The notes under the pieces: generated by a model
What the model saw: the letters and a program-made list of their open reading frames with translations, nothing else
Databases searched by the model: none
What the model was told of the DNA's origin: nothing
Shown here: positions 1 to 8,617 of the stretch, piece by piece
How positions within the stretch are numbered: position 1 is the first letter of the stretch
How the letters are laid out: each line of letters starts with the position of its first letter
Source of the DNA: a virus
Lineage: Duplodnaviria > Caudoviricetes
Strand: one strand, 5' to 3'
Virus record (IMG/VR): IMGVR_UViG_3300038974_000417
Coordinates: 1-64,000 of that record
Length of the DNA stretch: 64,000 nt
Translations under genes and position numbers: made by a program

Positions 1-11
1 TAAATAATAAT

Positions 12-206
12 ATGAGTGATAATTCAATAAATCCTAGTAAATCAATACCGTGCATTTTTTGTAGATACTCTCCAGTTAGAGCAAGAACAACAGAAATAGA
101 GCGTACGGATAGTTATGTTATAATAGAGCATAAGTACATTTGTCCAAAGTGTCAAAACGTAGCACGAGCTGTAAGAGAGAAAAAAGAGATAAAACCCAGT
201 GAGTAA
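12..206 (+). CDS. small zinc-ribbon protein
   Basis: CIFC and CPKC pairs; TAAATA late-type motif at 1-6 just upstream. Confidence 0.6.
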   Translation: MSDNSINPSKSIPCIFCRYSPVRARTTEIERTDSYVIIEHKYICPKCQNVARAVREKKEIKPSE

Positions 207-630
207 ATTCGATGATGTAGTTAAAATATTGAACGAGTATGACGTCCGTCACTCGTCTCAAGGTATTCCCTCTGTACCAGGAGATGGATATACTGCTACT
301 GGAGATCCTAATATTGTTGGTAATAGTGCTCAATTTGCACCATTCAGAGGTAAGCAGCCTGCAATCATCAAGCCTTTTGTTGATGAATTGAATCACTTTG
401 ATAATAGTACAATATTACCATATCCTTTAGATCACGTGATTGAACGGTTAGTTATATTACAAACAACTATAATGGAAATAAAAAGCTTATTAAAGACTTC
501 ATATTCCACCGCAGATTTAAATAAGCCTCAAAGGCATATGATATCTGAATATTATAATAAATTAGATATTCAATTAAAGGACATAAAAAAGTTTATTTCT
601 GATCTTGATTCTATGTCTATTCCATATTAA
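199..630 (+). CDS. hypothetical protein with head-protein-type leader (KFDDVVKILNE)
   Basis: 143-aa ORF overlapping the previous stop; N-terminal F-x6-L-x-E motif shared with other late ORFs. Confidence 0.6.
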   Translation: MSKFDDVVKILNEYDVRHSSQGIPSVPGDGYTATGDPNIVGNSAQFAPFRGKQPAIIKPFVDELNHFDNSTILPYPLDHVIERLVILQTTIMEIKSLLKTSYSTADLNKPQRHMISEYYNKLDIQLKDIKKFISDLDSMSIPY

Positions 631-641
631 AATATATATAT

Positions 642-1103
642 ATGAAAATAGAAACCAAGGCTACTTTACAAGCAGTTATAGTTAGTTTATTATCAACATC
701 CATATTAACTGGATTAATATCTGGTGCTTTATTTTTAATTAATGGAATGATAGTAGTTAATATACTATTAACATTATCAGCAATTTTAATTATTGGATAT
801 CTATTTAATTTATATACAATACAACAATTTAATAGGTTTTTAATATCTAAACAGGTTGAAATAGATAAAGAGGCACAAAAGACATATTTTGATATTGAAT
901 GTTGTAAGTGTGGTAGAATTAATAGTGTACGAATTAATTTTGAAGAAGATATGACATTTAAATGTGAAGAATGTGAAACATCTAATAAAGTATTTTATAC
1001 TTTTAAAACGGGGTTAATAACAGACATACCCAAAAACACTAATGTCGTTGAACTTATAAGTGAGATAGTAGACAATAAGGATGCCTATGAACAATCCAGA
1101 TAA
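642..1103 (+). CDS. membrane protein, two predicted TM helices plus C-terminal zinc ribbon
   Basis: two hydrophobic stretches in aa 10-58; CCKC and CEEC motifs. Confidence 0.6.
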   Translation: MKIETKATLQAVIVSLLSTSILTGLISGALFLINGMIVVNILLTLSAILIIGYLFNLYTIQQFNRFLISKQVEIDKEAQKTYFDIECCKCGRINSVRINFEEDMTFKCEECETSNKVFYTFKTGLITDIPKNTNVVELISEIVDNKDAYEQSR

Positions 1104-1572
1104 ATCAGTTAACATAATATCACCTATAATTGATTTAGGTAATTTAGAGGAATTGTTTGATAAAATACCCACAGTAAAAAATACTGCGGATTTAAATCCT
1201 GTTATTGATGATAATGATGATGGTATTGATTTTATTTCATCGTCTAGATCGTACTGGGATAAAAATAACCCCAAGCAGCTAAGTTTTTATAATAAGGGAA
1301 TAGCCGCTGGTCGTCATGCTAAGCATGATATAGATTTAGTACAAAATAGCTGGAAGATCTTAACTACAATAAAGATGCAAGTATTAAATGATTTAGTAAG
1401 ATCGAATGAAAAATCTATTAGCGAAATAAAATATATACTTGACGTTCTTAATATTCTTGATAATAATATTCAATATATTATTAATAATAACAAAATAAAA
1501 ATTAATAATAATGAATTACTTGCATATATGCATGGATTTATAAATTCAATAGTGAATAATCAGGAGATATAA
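1081..1572 (+). CDS. hypothetical protein
   Basis: 163-aa ORF in a tightly packed operon. Confidence 0.6.
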   Translation: MPMNNPDKSVNIISPIIDLGNLEELFDKIPTVKNTADLNPVIDDNDDGIDFISSSRSYWDKNNPKQLSFYNKGIAAGRHAKHDIDLVQNSWKILTTIKMQVLNDLVRSNEKSISEIKYILDVLNILDNNIQYIINNNKIKINNNELLAYMHGFINSIVNNQEI

Positions 1573-1579
1573 TATTAAG

Positions 1580-1777
1580 ATGAAAAATATGACGGAATAT
1601 CAGGAAGCGCGTTGGATTGCTCTAATGGACTGTGTATCCCTTATAAGTGAGCAGGCAGATAAGATAAATACAGATTTTGATAAAATACAATTTAATCATC
1701 CTGCTATGATGCACTATATTGATGAAACTAGCGATCGGGTTGTGCGAGTTTTAAGCAATAAAAAACGCGTAGGTTAA
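1580..1777 (+). CDS. hypothetical protein
   Basis: 65-aa ORF ending inside a terminator hairpin. Confidence 0.55.
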   Translation: MKNMTEYQEARWIALMDCVSLISEQADKINTDFDKIQFNHPAMMHYIDETSDRVVRVLSNKKRVG

Positions 1778-1789
1778 CCTACGCGTTTT
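1762..1789. terminator. bidirectional intrinsic terminator
   Basis: perfect palindrome aaaacgcgtaggttaacctacgcgtttt between convergent ORFs. Confidence 0.75.
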
Positions 1790-1807
1790 AATCATATTAT
1801 TAACTAA

Positions 1808-2605
1808 TTACTTAGTTGTTTTATAATTTAACTCTTTAGGCTTATTAACCTTAACATTTTTGTTAGGATCAATATTAGCCTTTATAAAGTTGAGGTCCTT
1901 ATTGGCGACCGTAGGATCCATTACCTTTTGTCCCCCTCTATCTGCCTGACCTGAATTAGCCTTAGGGGCCTTATCCATATCGGTAGCTTCGCCGAGATCT
2001 TCTTCACCTTCATCGCCTAGATCTTCTCCACCAGGGTCATCACCAAGGTCATCTTCCAGATCCTCCTCATCGCCCTCTAGAGCAGCTTGGAGGACGTCGC
2101 AAAGAGTCTGTGCTGCATCGCGTGAAATGGTAAGGGTAACTTCATCAGCTCCCTCTCCTTCGATGTCACCTTCCATACCGCCACCAAGATCGTCACCCAT
2201 ATCACCCATCATTTCATCACCTGGTTCCATCTGTTCCCTTAAAGCAACCTTATAGAGTTCATCAAAACTAAATTTATGAGTAGCCATTTTCTTTTTCTCC
2301 TTATCTGTAATTGTTTTTGTATTTTTATTCTTATTCTCAGAAGAATCAACCGCGGGACTTAATTCTTTTGGAACTTCTATTGCAGGTTTTATTTCTTCAG
2401 GTATATGAGCTTTAGCATTTTGAAGTTTAGCTGGCGTAGTATTGGGATGTTGTGTATTATCCATTGCCTTGTTATATTCTTCTATAATGTTAATACTCGA
2501 TACACTCGAACCGCGTAAGTTTGCATTTATCGCTTGTTCAACCTGTTGTATGGTATTTTTAGAACCATACATATCTTCGTAAATTTTCATTAAGTTATCA
2601 TTCAT
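1808..2605 (-). CDS. acidic low-complexity protein, possible prohead core/internal head protein
   Basis: D/E/G-rich C-terminal half (DDLGG-type repeats); FDELYKVALREQ protease-site-like motif. Confidence 0.55.
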   Translation of the reverse strand: MNDNLMKIYEDMYGSKNTIQQVEQAINANLRGSSVSSINIIEEYNKAMDNTQHPNTTPAKLQNAKAHIPEEIKPAIEVPKELSPAVDSSENKNKNTKTITDKEKKKMATHKFSFDELYKVALREQMEPGDEMMGDMGDDLGGGMEGDIEGEGADEVTLTISRDAAQTLCDVLQAALEGDEEDLEDDLGDDPGGEDLGDEGEEDLGEATDMDKAPKANSGQADRGGQKVMDPTVANKDLNFIKANIDPNKNVKVNKPKELNYKTTK

Positions 2606-2638
2606 AATATTATTAAAAGTATCATTTATACTTTAATA

Positions 2639-2652
2639 TATAAATATTTATG
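2639..2652. promoter_or_regulatory. overlapping divergent T4-type late promoters
   Basis: TATAAATA on + (2639-2646) and CATAAATA on - (2645-2652) between divergent genes; gp55 is encoded in the window. Confidence 0.55.
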
Positions 2653-2674
2653 TTAATTGATATAAAAACCACAT

Positions 2675-5422
2675 ATGAGTAGTATACAAGATAAAGATAA
2701 CCGATATTTAGGTAATCCAAATTTACCAACGGTAGATACAACTTATGATTATAGCGATCCTAAGTACGCTAAAGAATTATTAAAATGTAAAAAAGACATA
2801 TCTTACTTTGCACAAAATTATTTTTATATAACTAATTTAGACGATGGTAAACAGACTATTAAACTTTATCCAGCTCAAAAACGAGTTTTAAAAGCGTCAC
2901 AAAAACATAGATTTATGGTTTTATTGGCAAGTCGTCAGTCAGGAAAAGCTCTAGCATTAGATACTCCTATACCTACTCCTAACGGGTGGATGACAATGGG
3001 TCAGTTGAAAGATGGTGATACTGTATATGGTAGTAGCGGTAGACCCGTTAAAATTATTAAGTCCTGGGATATAATGTATGATAGACGGTGCTATAGAGTA
3101 ACTTTCGATAATGGTGAACAGATAGTAGCTGATAAAGATCATAATTGGTTTACACAGAGCAAGTCTGAAAGACGTAAGGGAGTAGCGGGGTCAGTAAAAA
3201 CAACGGAGGAAATACTTAAAACCCTACGGTGTGGAGTGAGTGATAAGGAGCCTGCACATCGAATATTTAGTTTATCTAGTGGTGTATGCGGAACGACAAT
3301 GAATCTATCTATAGAGCCTTATATATTAGGCCTTTGGTTAGGTGATGGTGCTAGTGACTCTTCAGTTATAACAATAGGTAGGCGTGATATAGGTGAGATA
3401 ATCAGTATACTCAAGCAGTATGATCGATATAATCTAACAGTTAATGAGTATAAAAAAGGTGTATATAGTGTACGGCTGGAGTATAAAGATCGAATAAAAA
3501 CGGATCCTAGTCTACAGAAGTTATTAAGAGAAAATTCATTAATAGGTAATAAACATATACCAATTGAGTATATGCTTAGTGATCGAGCACAGAGATTGGA
3601 GCTATTACAAGGGTTAATGGATAGTGATGGCGATATAGACTCAAAAGGTAACGGGGTGTTTTATAATACTAATCTATCCCTCGCTTTACAAGTTAAAGAA
3701 TTAATAGAAAGTCTAGGATATAAAACTACCTACAGAACGTATATACCACAATTATATGGTGTAGACTGTGCTGAGTGTGCATCTGTAAGTTTTGTACCTC
3801 GTGAATTGGTATGTAGATTATCGTTTAAGTCGTTGAGAATAAAAATTAAAAACAATGAAGAAATATCAAAATATCGCAATCAATGGCATTATATTAAAAA
3901 CATAGAGCCAGTTGATAGTGTACCTGTACGATGCATTACTGTCGATAGTCCTGATGGTATATTTTTATGCGGTAGACAGTATATCCCTACTCATAACACT
4001 ACCGTGATGACCATTTATTCTCTTTGGATTGCTTGTTTTGAGTTCGACAAGCGTATCTTAATTATTGCTAATAAAGAAGATACAGCGATTATGATATTAA
4101 GACGTATTCGTATGGCATATGAACAACTCCCCAACTGGCTCAAACCAGGAGTTAAGCAGTGGGGAAAAACTGAAGTTATTTTTAGTAATGATAGTAGTAT
4201 AGCTATTAGCACTACAAGTAGTACTGCTGCCCGCGGTGACTCAATTAATGTACTTATTCTAGATGAAACTGCTCATATACCTAAGCATTTATTAGACGAG
4301 TTATGGGCATCCGTTATACCAGTAATTTCTAGTAGTCGTACAACTAAAATATTTTCAGTTAGCACTCCTAGTGGAAGAGATAATAAATTTTATGAATTAT
4401 ATAGTCAATCCGAAAATGGTACATTATCTGACTGGCATCATGAGCGTATAGATTGGTGGGATATACCAGGAAGAGGTAAGCTCTGGAAGAATGAAATGAT
4501 TCAGGCGTTGGGAAGCGAGGAGATGTTTAGACAAGAATTTGGTTGTGAGTTCTTGGATAAATCTGATACAGCTGTAGATGAAGAAATGTTGCGCATGTTA
4601 AAGAGTAACTGCGAAGCACCACTTTACACATTTGATGATGGTGCGTATGAGGTATGGGAGGATCCTAAGCCAGATCATTTATATGTAATTGGGGTGGATG
4701 TTGGTGAAGGTGTAGAAGAGGCAGCTAGTGTTGCACAAATAATAGATCTTACAGATTTAACAGATATACGTCAAGTAGGGTGTTATTATACCAATTCATT
4801 AGATCCTTATCATTTTGCTACTAAATTATATAGTATTGCTCATGAATGGGGCAGACCTTATTTATTAATTGAGAGAAATAACTGTGGTGGTCAGGTTATT
4901 GATAATCTACATGAAGTAAAAGGATATGAAAAAATAATAGATTATACTCCCGAAAAACAAAAATATTATAATCGATTAGGTATATATAGTCATACAAATA
5001 GTAAGTATAAGGGTGTTACTAATATGAGATATTGGATGAATGGTCTGAGAGTAGTTACCATTCGTGATATTAAGTTGGCTACAGAATTTCAAACGTTTGT
5101 AAGACACCCAAACGGTACGTGGAAGAAGCAGAGCTCTAAATTTAGAGATGATAGAGTAATGGGTATAATGTGGGGACTATTTGCGTTAGAGACTGATATT
5201 GCAGAGAAGTATTTTGATGTAGTTGAATATGATACTCAGGGTAGACCTAGTAGAATAAATAATATAGTAGTTGAAAATCCTACTTTTTTTAAGTTAGATA
5301 GCTTTTACACATCTCCGAACTCGCCACCACCAGTTCATTTAGGAATAGACCCTACTGTGGGGTTTGAAGAAGATGAATTGGGGTTTAATCAATTAATGAT
5401 GAAGGGATGGAAACCATTATGA
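2675..5422 (+). CDS. gp17: terminase large subunit (T4 gp17-like) interrupted by an intein
   Basis: Walker A SRQSGK|T, Walker B ILDE, STPSG, FRQEFGCEF, nuclease GVDVGEG and DDRVM. Confidence 0.95.
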   Translation: MSSIQDKDNRYLGNPNLPTVDTTYDYSDPKYAKELLKCKKDISYFAQNYFYITNLDDGKQTIKLYPAQKRVLKASQKHRFMVLLASRQSGKALALDTPIPTPNGWMTMGQLKDGDTVYGSSGRPVKIIKSWDIMYDRRCYRVTFDNGEQIVADKDHNWFTQSKSERRKGVAGSVKTTEEILKTLRCGVSDKEPAHRIFSLSSGVCGTTMNLSIEPYILGLWLGDGASDSSVITIGRRDIGEIISILKQYDRYNLTVNEYKKGVYSVRLEYKDRIKTDPSLQKLLRENSLIGNKHIPIEYMLSDRAQRLELLQGLMDSDGDIDSKGNGVFYNTNLSLALQVKELIESLGYKTTYRTYIPQLYGVDCAECASVSFVPRELVCRLSFKSLRIKIKNNEEISKYRNQWHYIKNIEPVDSVPVRCITVDSPDGIFLCGRQYIPTHNTTVMTIYSLWIACFEFDKRILIIANKEDTAIMILRRIRMAYEQLPNWLKPGVKQWGKTEVIFSNDSSIAISTTSSTAARGDSINVLILDETAHIPKHLLDELWASVIPVISSSRTTKIFSVSTPSGRDNKFYELYSQSENGTLSDWHHERIDWWDIPGRGKLWKNEMIQALGSEEMFRQEFGCEFLDKSDTAVDEEMLRMLKSNCEAPLYTFDDGAYEVWEDPKPDHLYVIGVDVGEGVEEAASVAQIIDLTDLTDIRQVGCYYTNSLDPYHFATKLYSIAHEWGRPYLLIERNNCGGQVIDNLHEVKGYEKIIDYTPEKQKYYNRLGIYSHTNSKYKGVTNMRYWMNGLRVVTIRDIKLATEFQTFVRHPNGTWKKQSSKFRDDRVMGIMWGLFALETDIAEKYFDVVEYDTQGRPSRINNIVVENPTFFKLDSFYTSPNSPPPVHLGIDPTVGFEEDELGFNQLMMKGWKPL
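2948..3997 (+). mobile_element. class 3 intein (350 aa) with LAGLIDADG homing endonuclease
   Basis: starts Ala (ALALDTPIPTP), ends PTHN before Thr; WCT triad (DHNW, VRCITV, PTHN); LGLWLGDG and LLQGLMDSDG motifs; inserted in the P-loop. Confidence 0.9.
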
Positions 5423-6072
5423 CGGACAGTAATATAAACAATCAAAGCTTTTTAAATAAGAATAGAAAAGATAAATTTATAATGGTACTTAGTTTACCTA
5501 AGGCATTTATAAGATCATTTAGTGATTTAAACATTAGAGAGTTACAATTAAGTGTATATGGTACCCCAGTACCTAAAATTAGTATTCCTTCAACTGAGGC
5601 TGGTTTTTTTGGTCATCAATTAAAGGTAACTACACAGTCTCGATTACCATATGATCCAATATCAGTCAGTTTCACTGTCGATAATGAATTTAAAAATTAT
5701 TGGATTTTGTGGAAGTGGTTGGATTTAATTAACGACTCTAGAGATTCTGGTATGAATGAATACTTTTCAAAATATCAGGAAATTAAAACTAAGGATAATA
5801 TTACTCAAATAGATAGTAGCGTTATAGTTAATAAAGATCAGGGAATGAGTATTTATCATGATTATATGACAGATATGACCATATATGGCTTAGATGAGTA
5901 TAATAATAAGCGTATTAAGTTTATATATAAACAAGCATTTATTACAGATTTATCAGAGTTGTCTTATAATTATAGAGACCCAGATGAAATGGAATCTACT
6001 GCCACCTTTGCGTTTAGTCAACTACATGCTGAATTAACTAGAGAATGTTCTAATACTCATTCAGCTCAGTAG
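5407..6072 (+). CDS. tail completion/terminator protein (gp3-like, tube fold)
   Basis: YDPISVSFTVDNEFKNYWILWKW motif; position before sheath. Confidence 0.65.
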   Translation: METIMTDSNINNQSFLNKNRKDKFIMVLSLPKAFIRSFSDLNIRELQLSVYGTPVPKISIPSTEAGFFGHQLKVTTQSRLPYDPISVSFTVDNEFKNYWILWKWLDLINDSRDSGMNEYFSKYQEIKTKDNITQIDSSVIVNKDQGMSIYHDYMTDMTIYGLDEYNNKRIKFIYKQAFITDLSELSYNYRDPDEMESTATFAFSQLHAELTRECSNTHSAQ

Positions 6073-6096
6073 TTTTAATGTGTTTTGCCAAAAAAA

Positions 6097-6104
6097 CATA
6101 AATA
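6097..6104 (+). promoter_or_regulatory. late promoter for sheath gene
   Basis: CATAAATA followed by AAGGAG SD before ATG 6142. Confidence 0.55.
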
Positions 6105-6141
6105 TTAGTGACGATTATAATATTTGATATAAGGAGAATTT

Positions 6142-8532
6142 ATGGCTAGAACAATTGAATCACCCGGAGTAGAGATAAATGAACTTGATTTGAGTAATAT
6201 CTCAACTCTACCTGTTGGAACAAATATACTTGTTCAGGGTTTTGCAGCTCAAGGTCCCACAGATGAATTGGTTAATGTAACCAGTATTAAAGAGTTTGAA
6301 AAGCTTTATGGTGCACCTACTGTACCAGCTGAGAGGTATTTTTATCAAACCGCAAAAGAGATTTTAAATAGCCCTGGCCGCCTAATTGTAAATCGTTTAC
6401 CATATGGTGATGGAACTGGTGCTGGAACAGCCCCTACAAAGAGTGCGTTATTTTATCCATTCGTACCAGTAATGTCTGGTATGGACACCAGTGAGCTTTC
6501 TAGCATAAACTTAGCCCCAGGTGAGGTCGCTCTTGAAAATCTACAAGGTTTTGTATTAGGCGCTCCAATAATGGTACCTAATTTAAGTTCTCGTCAAATT
6601 AATGAAATTGCAAACGGTACAGTTTTTGGAAATAATACTATATACACTAAATCCTCTGCAATTGCATTAGCTCAATATGAGTTGTCTAGCGATAGTGCTA
6701 GCGTAGAGGAGTTGTACAATTTAGGTAGTGCAGCTGGTATAATAGTAATTAATAATAACTATACTAATATAGAGGACATATATACTGGTTATTATATTGG
6801 TATAAATGATAACTATAACATACGCGATTTGACATACGATCGATTTAAAAAGTGTTATACTCGCATAGGGGACGGTGATTATACTGATATAAGTTTATTA
6901 GATTATGACGTCACATTAAAAACTCCCTTAACTGGTACTAGTACTGGTACTCAGGGTAGTATATCCGAAATAGTTGAAGTGTCTCCGTCGTTTTCTACTA
7001 GTTTTGCACGTAACAGTGGTATAGATTATCAACAGTGTCTCGAATTTAGCTTGTGGAAGGTTTATGAGAGTGTAGATGAAACTCAAGGCAGTAACGTGAT
7101 GTTACGTTCTTATTATAATGTAGCTCCGTTCATTGGAAGCTTTGATAGAAATGATGTAGATACTTTAAATGATCCCTATGGTGGTAAATCGGCTCAGTCT
7201 ATATTCATCGAAGATGTTACTAGATCAGTTCCGGGAGTAAGACCGTGGTTGAATATCGTAGTCAATCCTATGATTAAGAGAATATTTTCTAAATCTGATC
7301 ATTTTATCAGAACTTGGCAGGGCAAGACAGCATTTGAAAGTGACCCAGTTGTTACGAGTAGGATATCTGGAGCGGGTATGACTACTGCATCTAATGAATT
7401 ATCAGCTGTATTTGGTGACGTTCGAATAAACGATGGATTGTTTGCCATCGGTCCTTATGCGCCTACTAGAGGGGTTGAGTCTAAGGTTATAGGTAATGTG
7501 GTACAAAAGATTGAACGTGGATTAAGTCTTGCAGAAAATGTAGATATGTATCAGCTTGAGTTGGTACTCGATGCTGGTCTTTCAACTATTAATGCGGTGA
7601 CTACTAATGTGGCTGCTCTGAAACGATCGGGGGCAAACACCTTTGATGATGAAGTTAATTTTATAGGTGTTGAAAGTGGAGTTGGTCAGCAGGATTGGAT
7701 GAATGTGTTTAATGTGTTGAATAATTTCTGCAGCCAAACCCGTAAGGATTGTATGTGTATTGTTGATCCACTACGTCATATATTCGTTCAGAATAAAGAT
7801 AGTAAAACTCTTGACGATAATTCTAAAGTGTTCTCTATAGATATATTAGAGCCTATGAAGAATTTAGTTAATACTTGTAATAGTAGTTATGCTGCTATAT
7901 ATGGTAACTGGGTTAAGGCTTACGAAGTAGCAAGTGGTACATATTTCTGGGCTCCGTTCTCTGGATATGAAGCTGCTATAATGGCTAGAATGGATGCATT
8001 ACTACAACCATGGTATGCTCCGGCAGGGTTAAATAACGGTATTATTCGTAATATAGTTGATATAGCTATAGAGCCAAATCAACGTGAACGTGACTTATTA
8101 TATCGTTATGGTATCAATCCTATTACAGTATTCCCTCGTGATGGATTTGTAGTATTTGGCCAGAAGACTTTGCAAGCTAAACCGAGTGCATTTGATAGAA
8201 TTAATGTACGTAGATTGTTCTTATTCCTAGAAAAGGCAACTCGTCAGTTGGCTAAATACTTCGTATTTGAACCTAATACAGTGTTTACACGTAATCGATT
8301 CGTTAATGTGTTGACTCCTATATTTGAGTTAGCTAAGCGAAATCAGGGTGTATATGATTATCTAATTGTATGCGATGAGCGTAATAATGATCCAGATACA
8401 ATAGATCGTAATGAGCTTGTATGTGATATATATATTAAGCCAGTTAGAACAGCCGAGTTCATTTTGGTCAACTTCATAGCTACTCGTACAGGTGCTAATT
8501 TCGAAGAGATAATTAGCGGTACTGGAGCTTAA
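6142..8532 (+). CDS. gp18: tail sheath protein
   Basis: N-terminal SPGVEINELD; C-terminal WYAPAG, FGQKTLQ, AFDRINVRRLF, IKPVRTAEFI. Confidence 0.95.
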   Translation: MARTIESPGVEINELDLSNISTLPVGTNILVQGFAAQGPTDELVNVTSIKEFEKLYGAPTVPAERYFYQTAKEILNSPGRLIVNRLPYGDGTGAGTAPTKSALFYPFVPVMSGMDTSELSSINLAPGEVALENLQGFVLGAPIMVPNLSSRQINEIANGTVFGNNTIYTKSSAIALAQYELSSDSASVEELYNLGSAAGIIVINNNYTNIEDIYTGYYIGINDNYNIRDLTYDRFKKCYTRIGDGDYTDISLLDYDVTLKTPLTGTSTGTQGSISEIVEVSPSFSTSFARNSGIDYQQCLEFSLWKVYESVDETQGSNVMLRSYYNVAPFIGSFDRNDVDTLNDPYGGKSAQSIFIEDVTRSVPGVRPWLNIVVNPMIKRIFSKSDHFIRTWQGKTAFESDPVVTSRISGAGMTTASNELSAVFGDVRINDGLFAIGPYAPTRGVESKVIGNVVQKIERGLSLAENVDMYQLELVLDAGLSTINAVTTNVAALKRSGANTFDDEVNFIGVESGVGQQDWMNVFNVLNNFCSQTRKDCMCIVDPLRHIFVQNKDSKTLDDNSKVFSIDILEPMKNLVNTCNSSYAAIYGNWVKAYEVASGTYFWAPFSGYEAAIMARMDALLQPWYAPAGLNNGIIRNIVDIAIEPNQRERDLLYRYGINPITVFPRDGFVVFGQKTLQAKPSAFDRINVRRLFLFLEKATRQLAKYFVFEPNTVFTRNRFVNVLTPIFELAKRNQGVYDYLIVCDERNNDPDTIDRNELVCDIYIKPVRTAEFILVNFIATRTGANFEEIISGTGA

Positions 8533-8537
8533 TCGAA

Positions 8538-8575
8538 AATAAAACACGATAGTTTAAATATTACCGTGTTTTATT
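8538..8575 (+). terminator. stem-loop after sheath gene
   Basis: inverted repeat aataaaacacg / cgtgttttatt directly after the stop. Confidence 0.55.
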
Positions 8576-8617
8576 ATCTCTTTTAGTATAATTATTTCTA
8601 TAGAAGGGAGTGTTATT

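Noticed and set aside
6077-6104. TTAT|gtttttttggcaaaac beside the sheath promoter, faintly like the A/B left end
   Set aside because: short, low complexity, no hairpin or TTCAC
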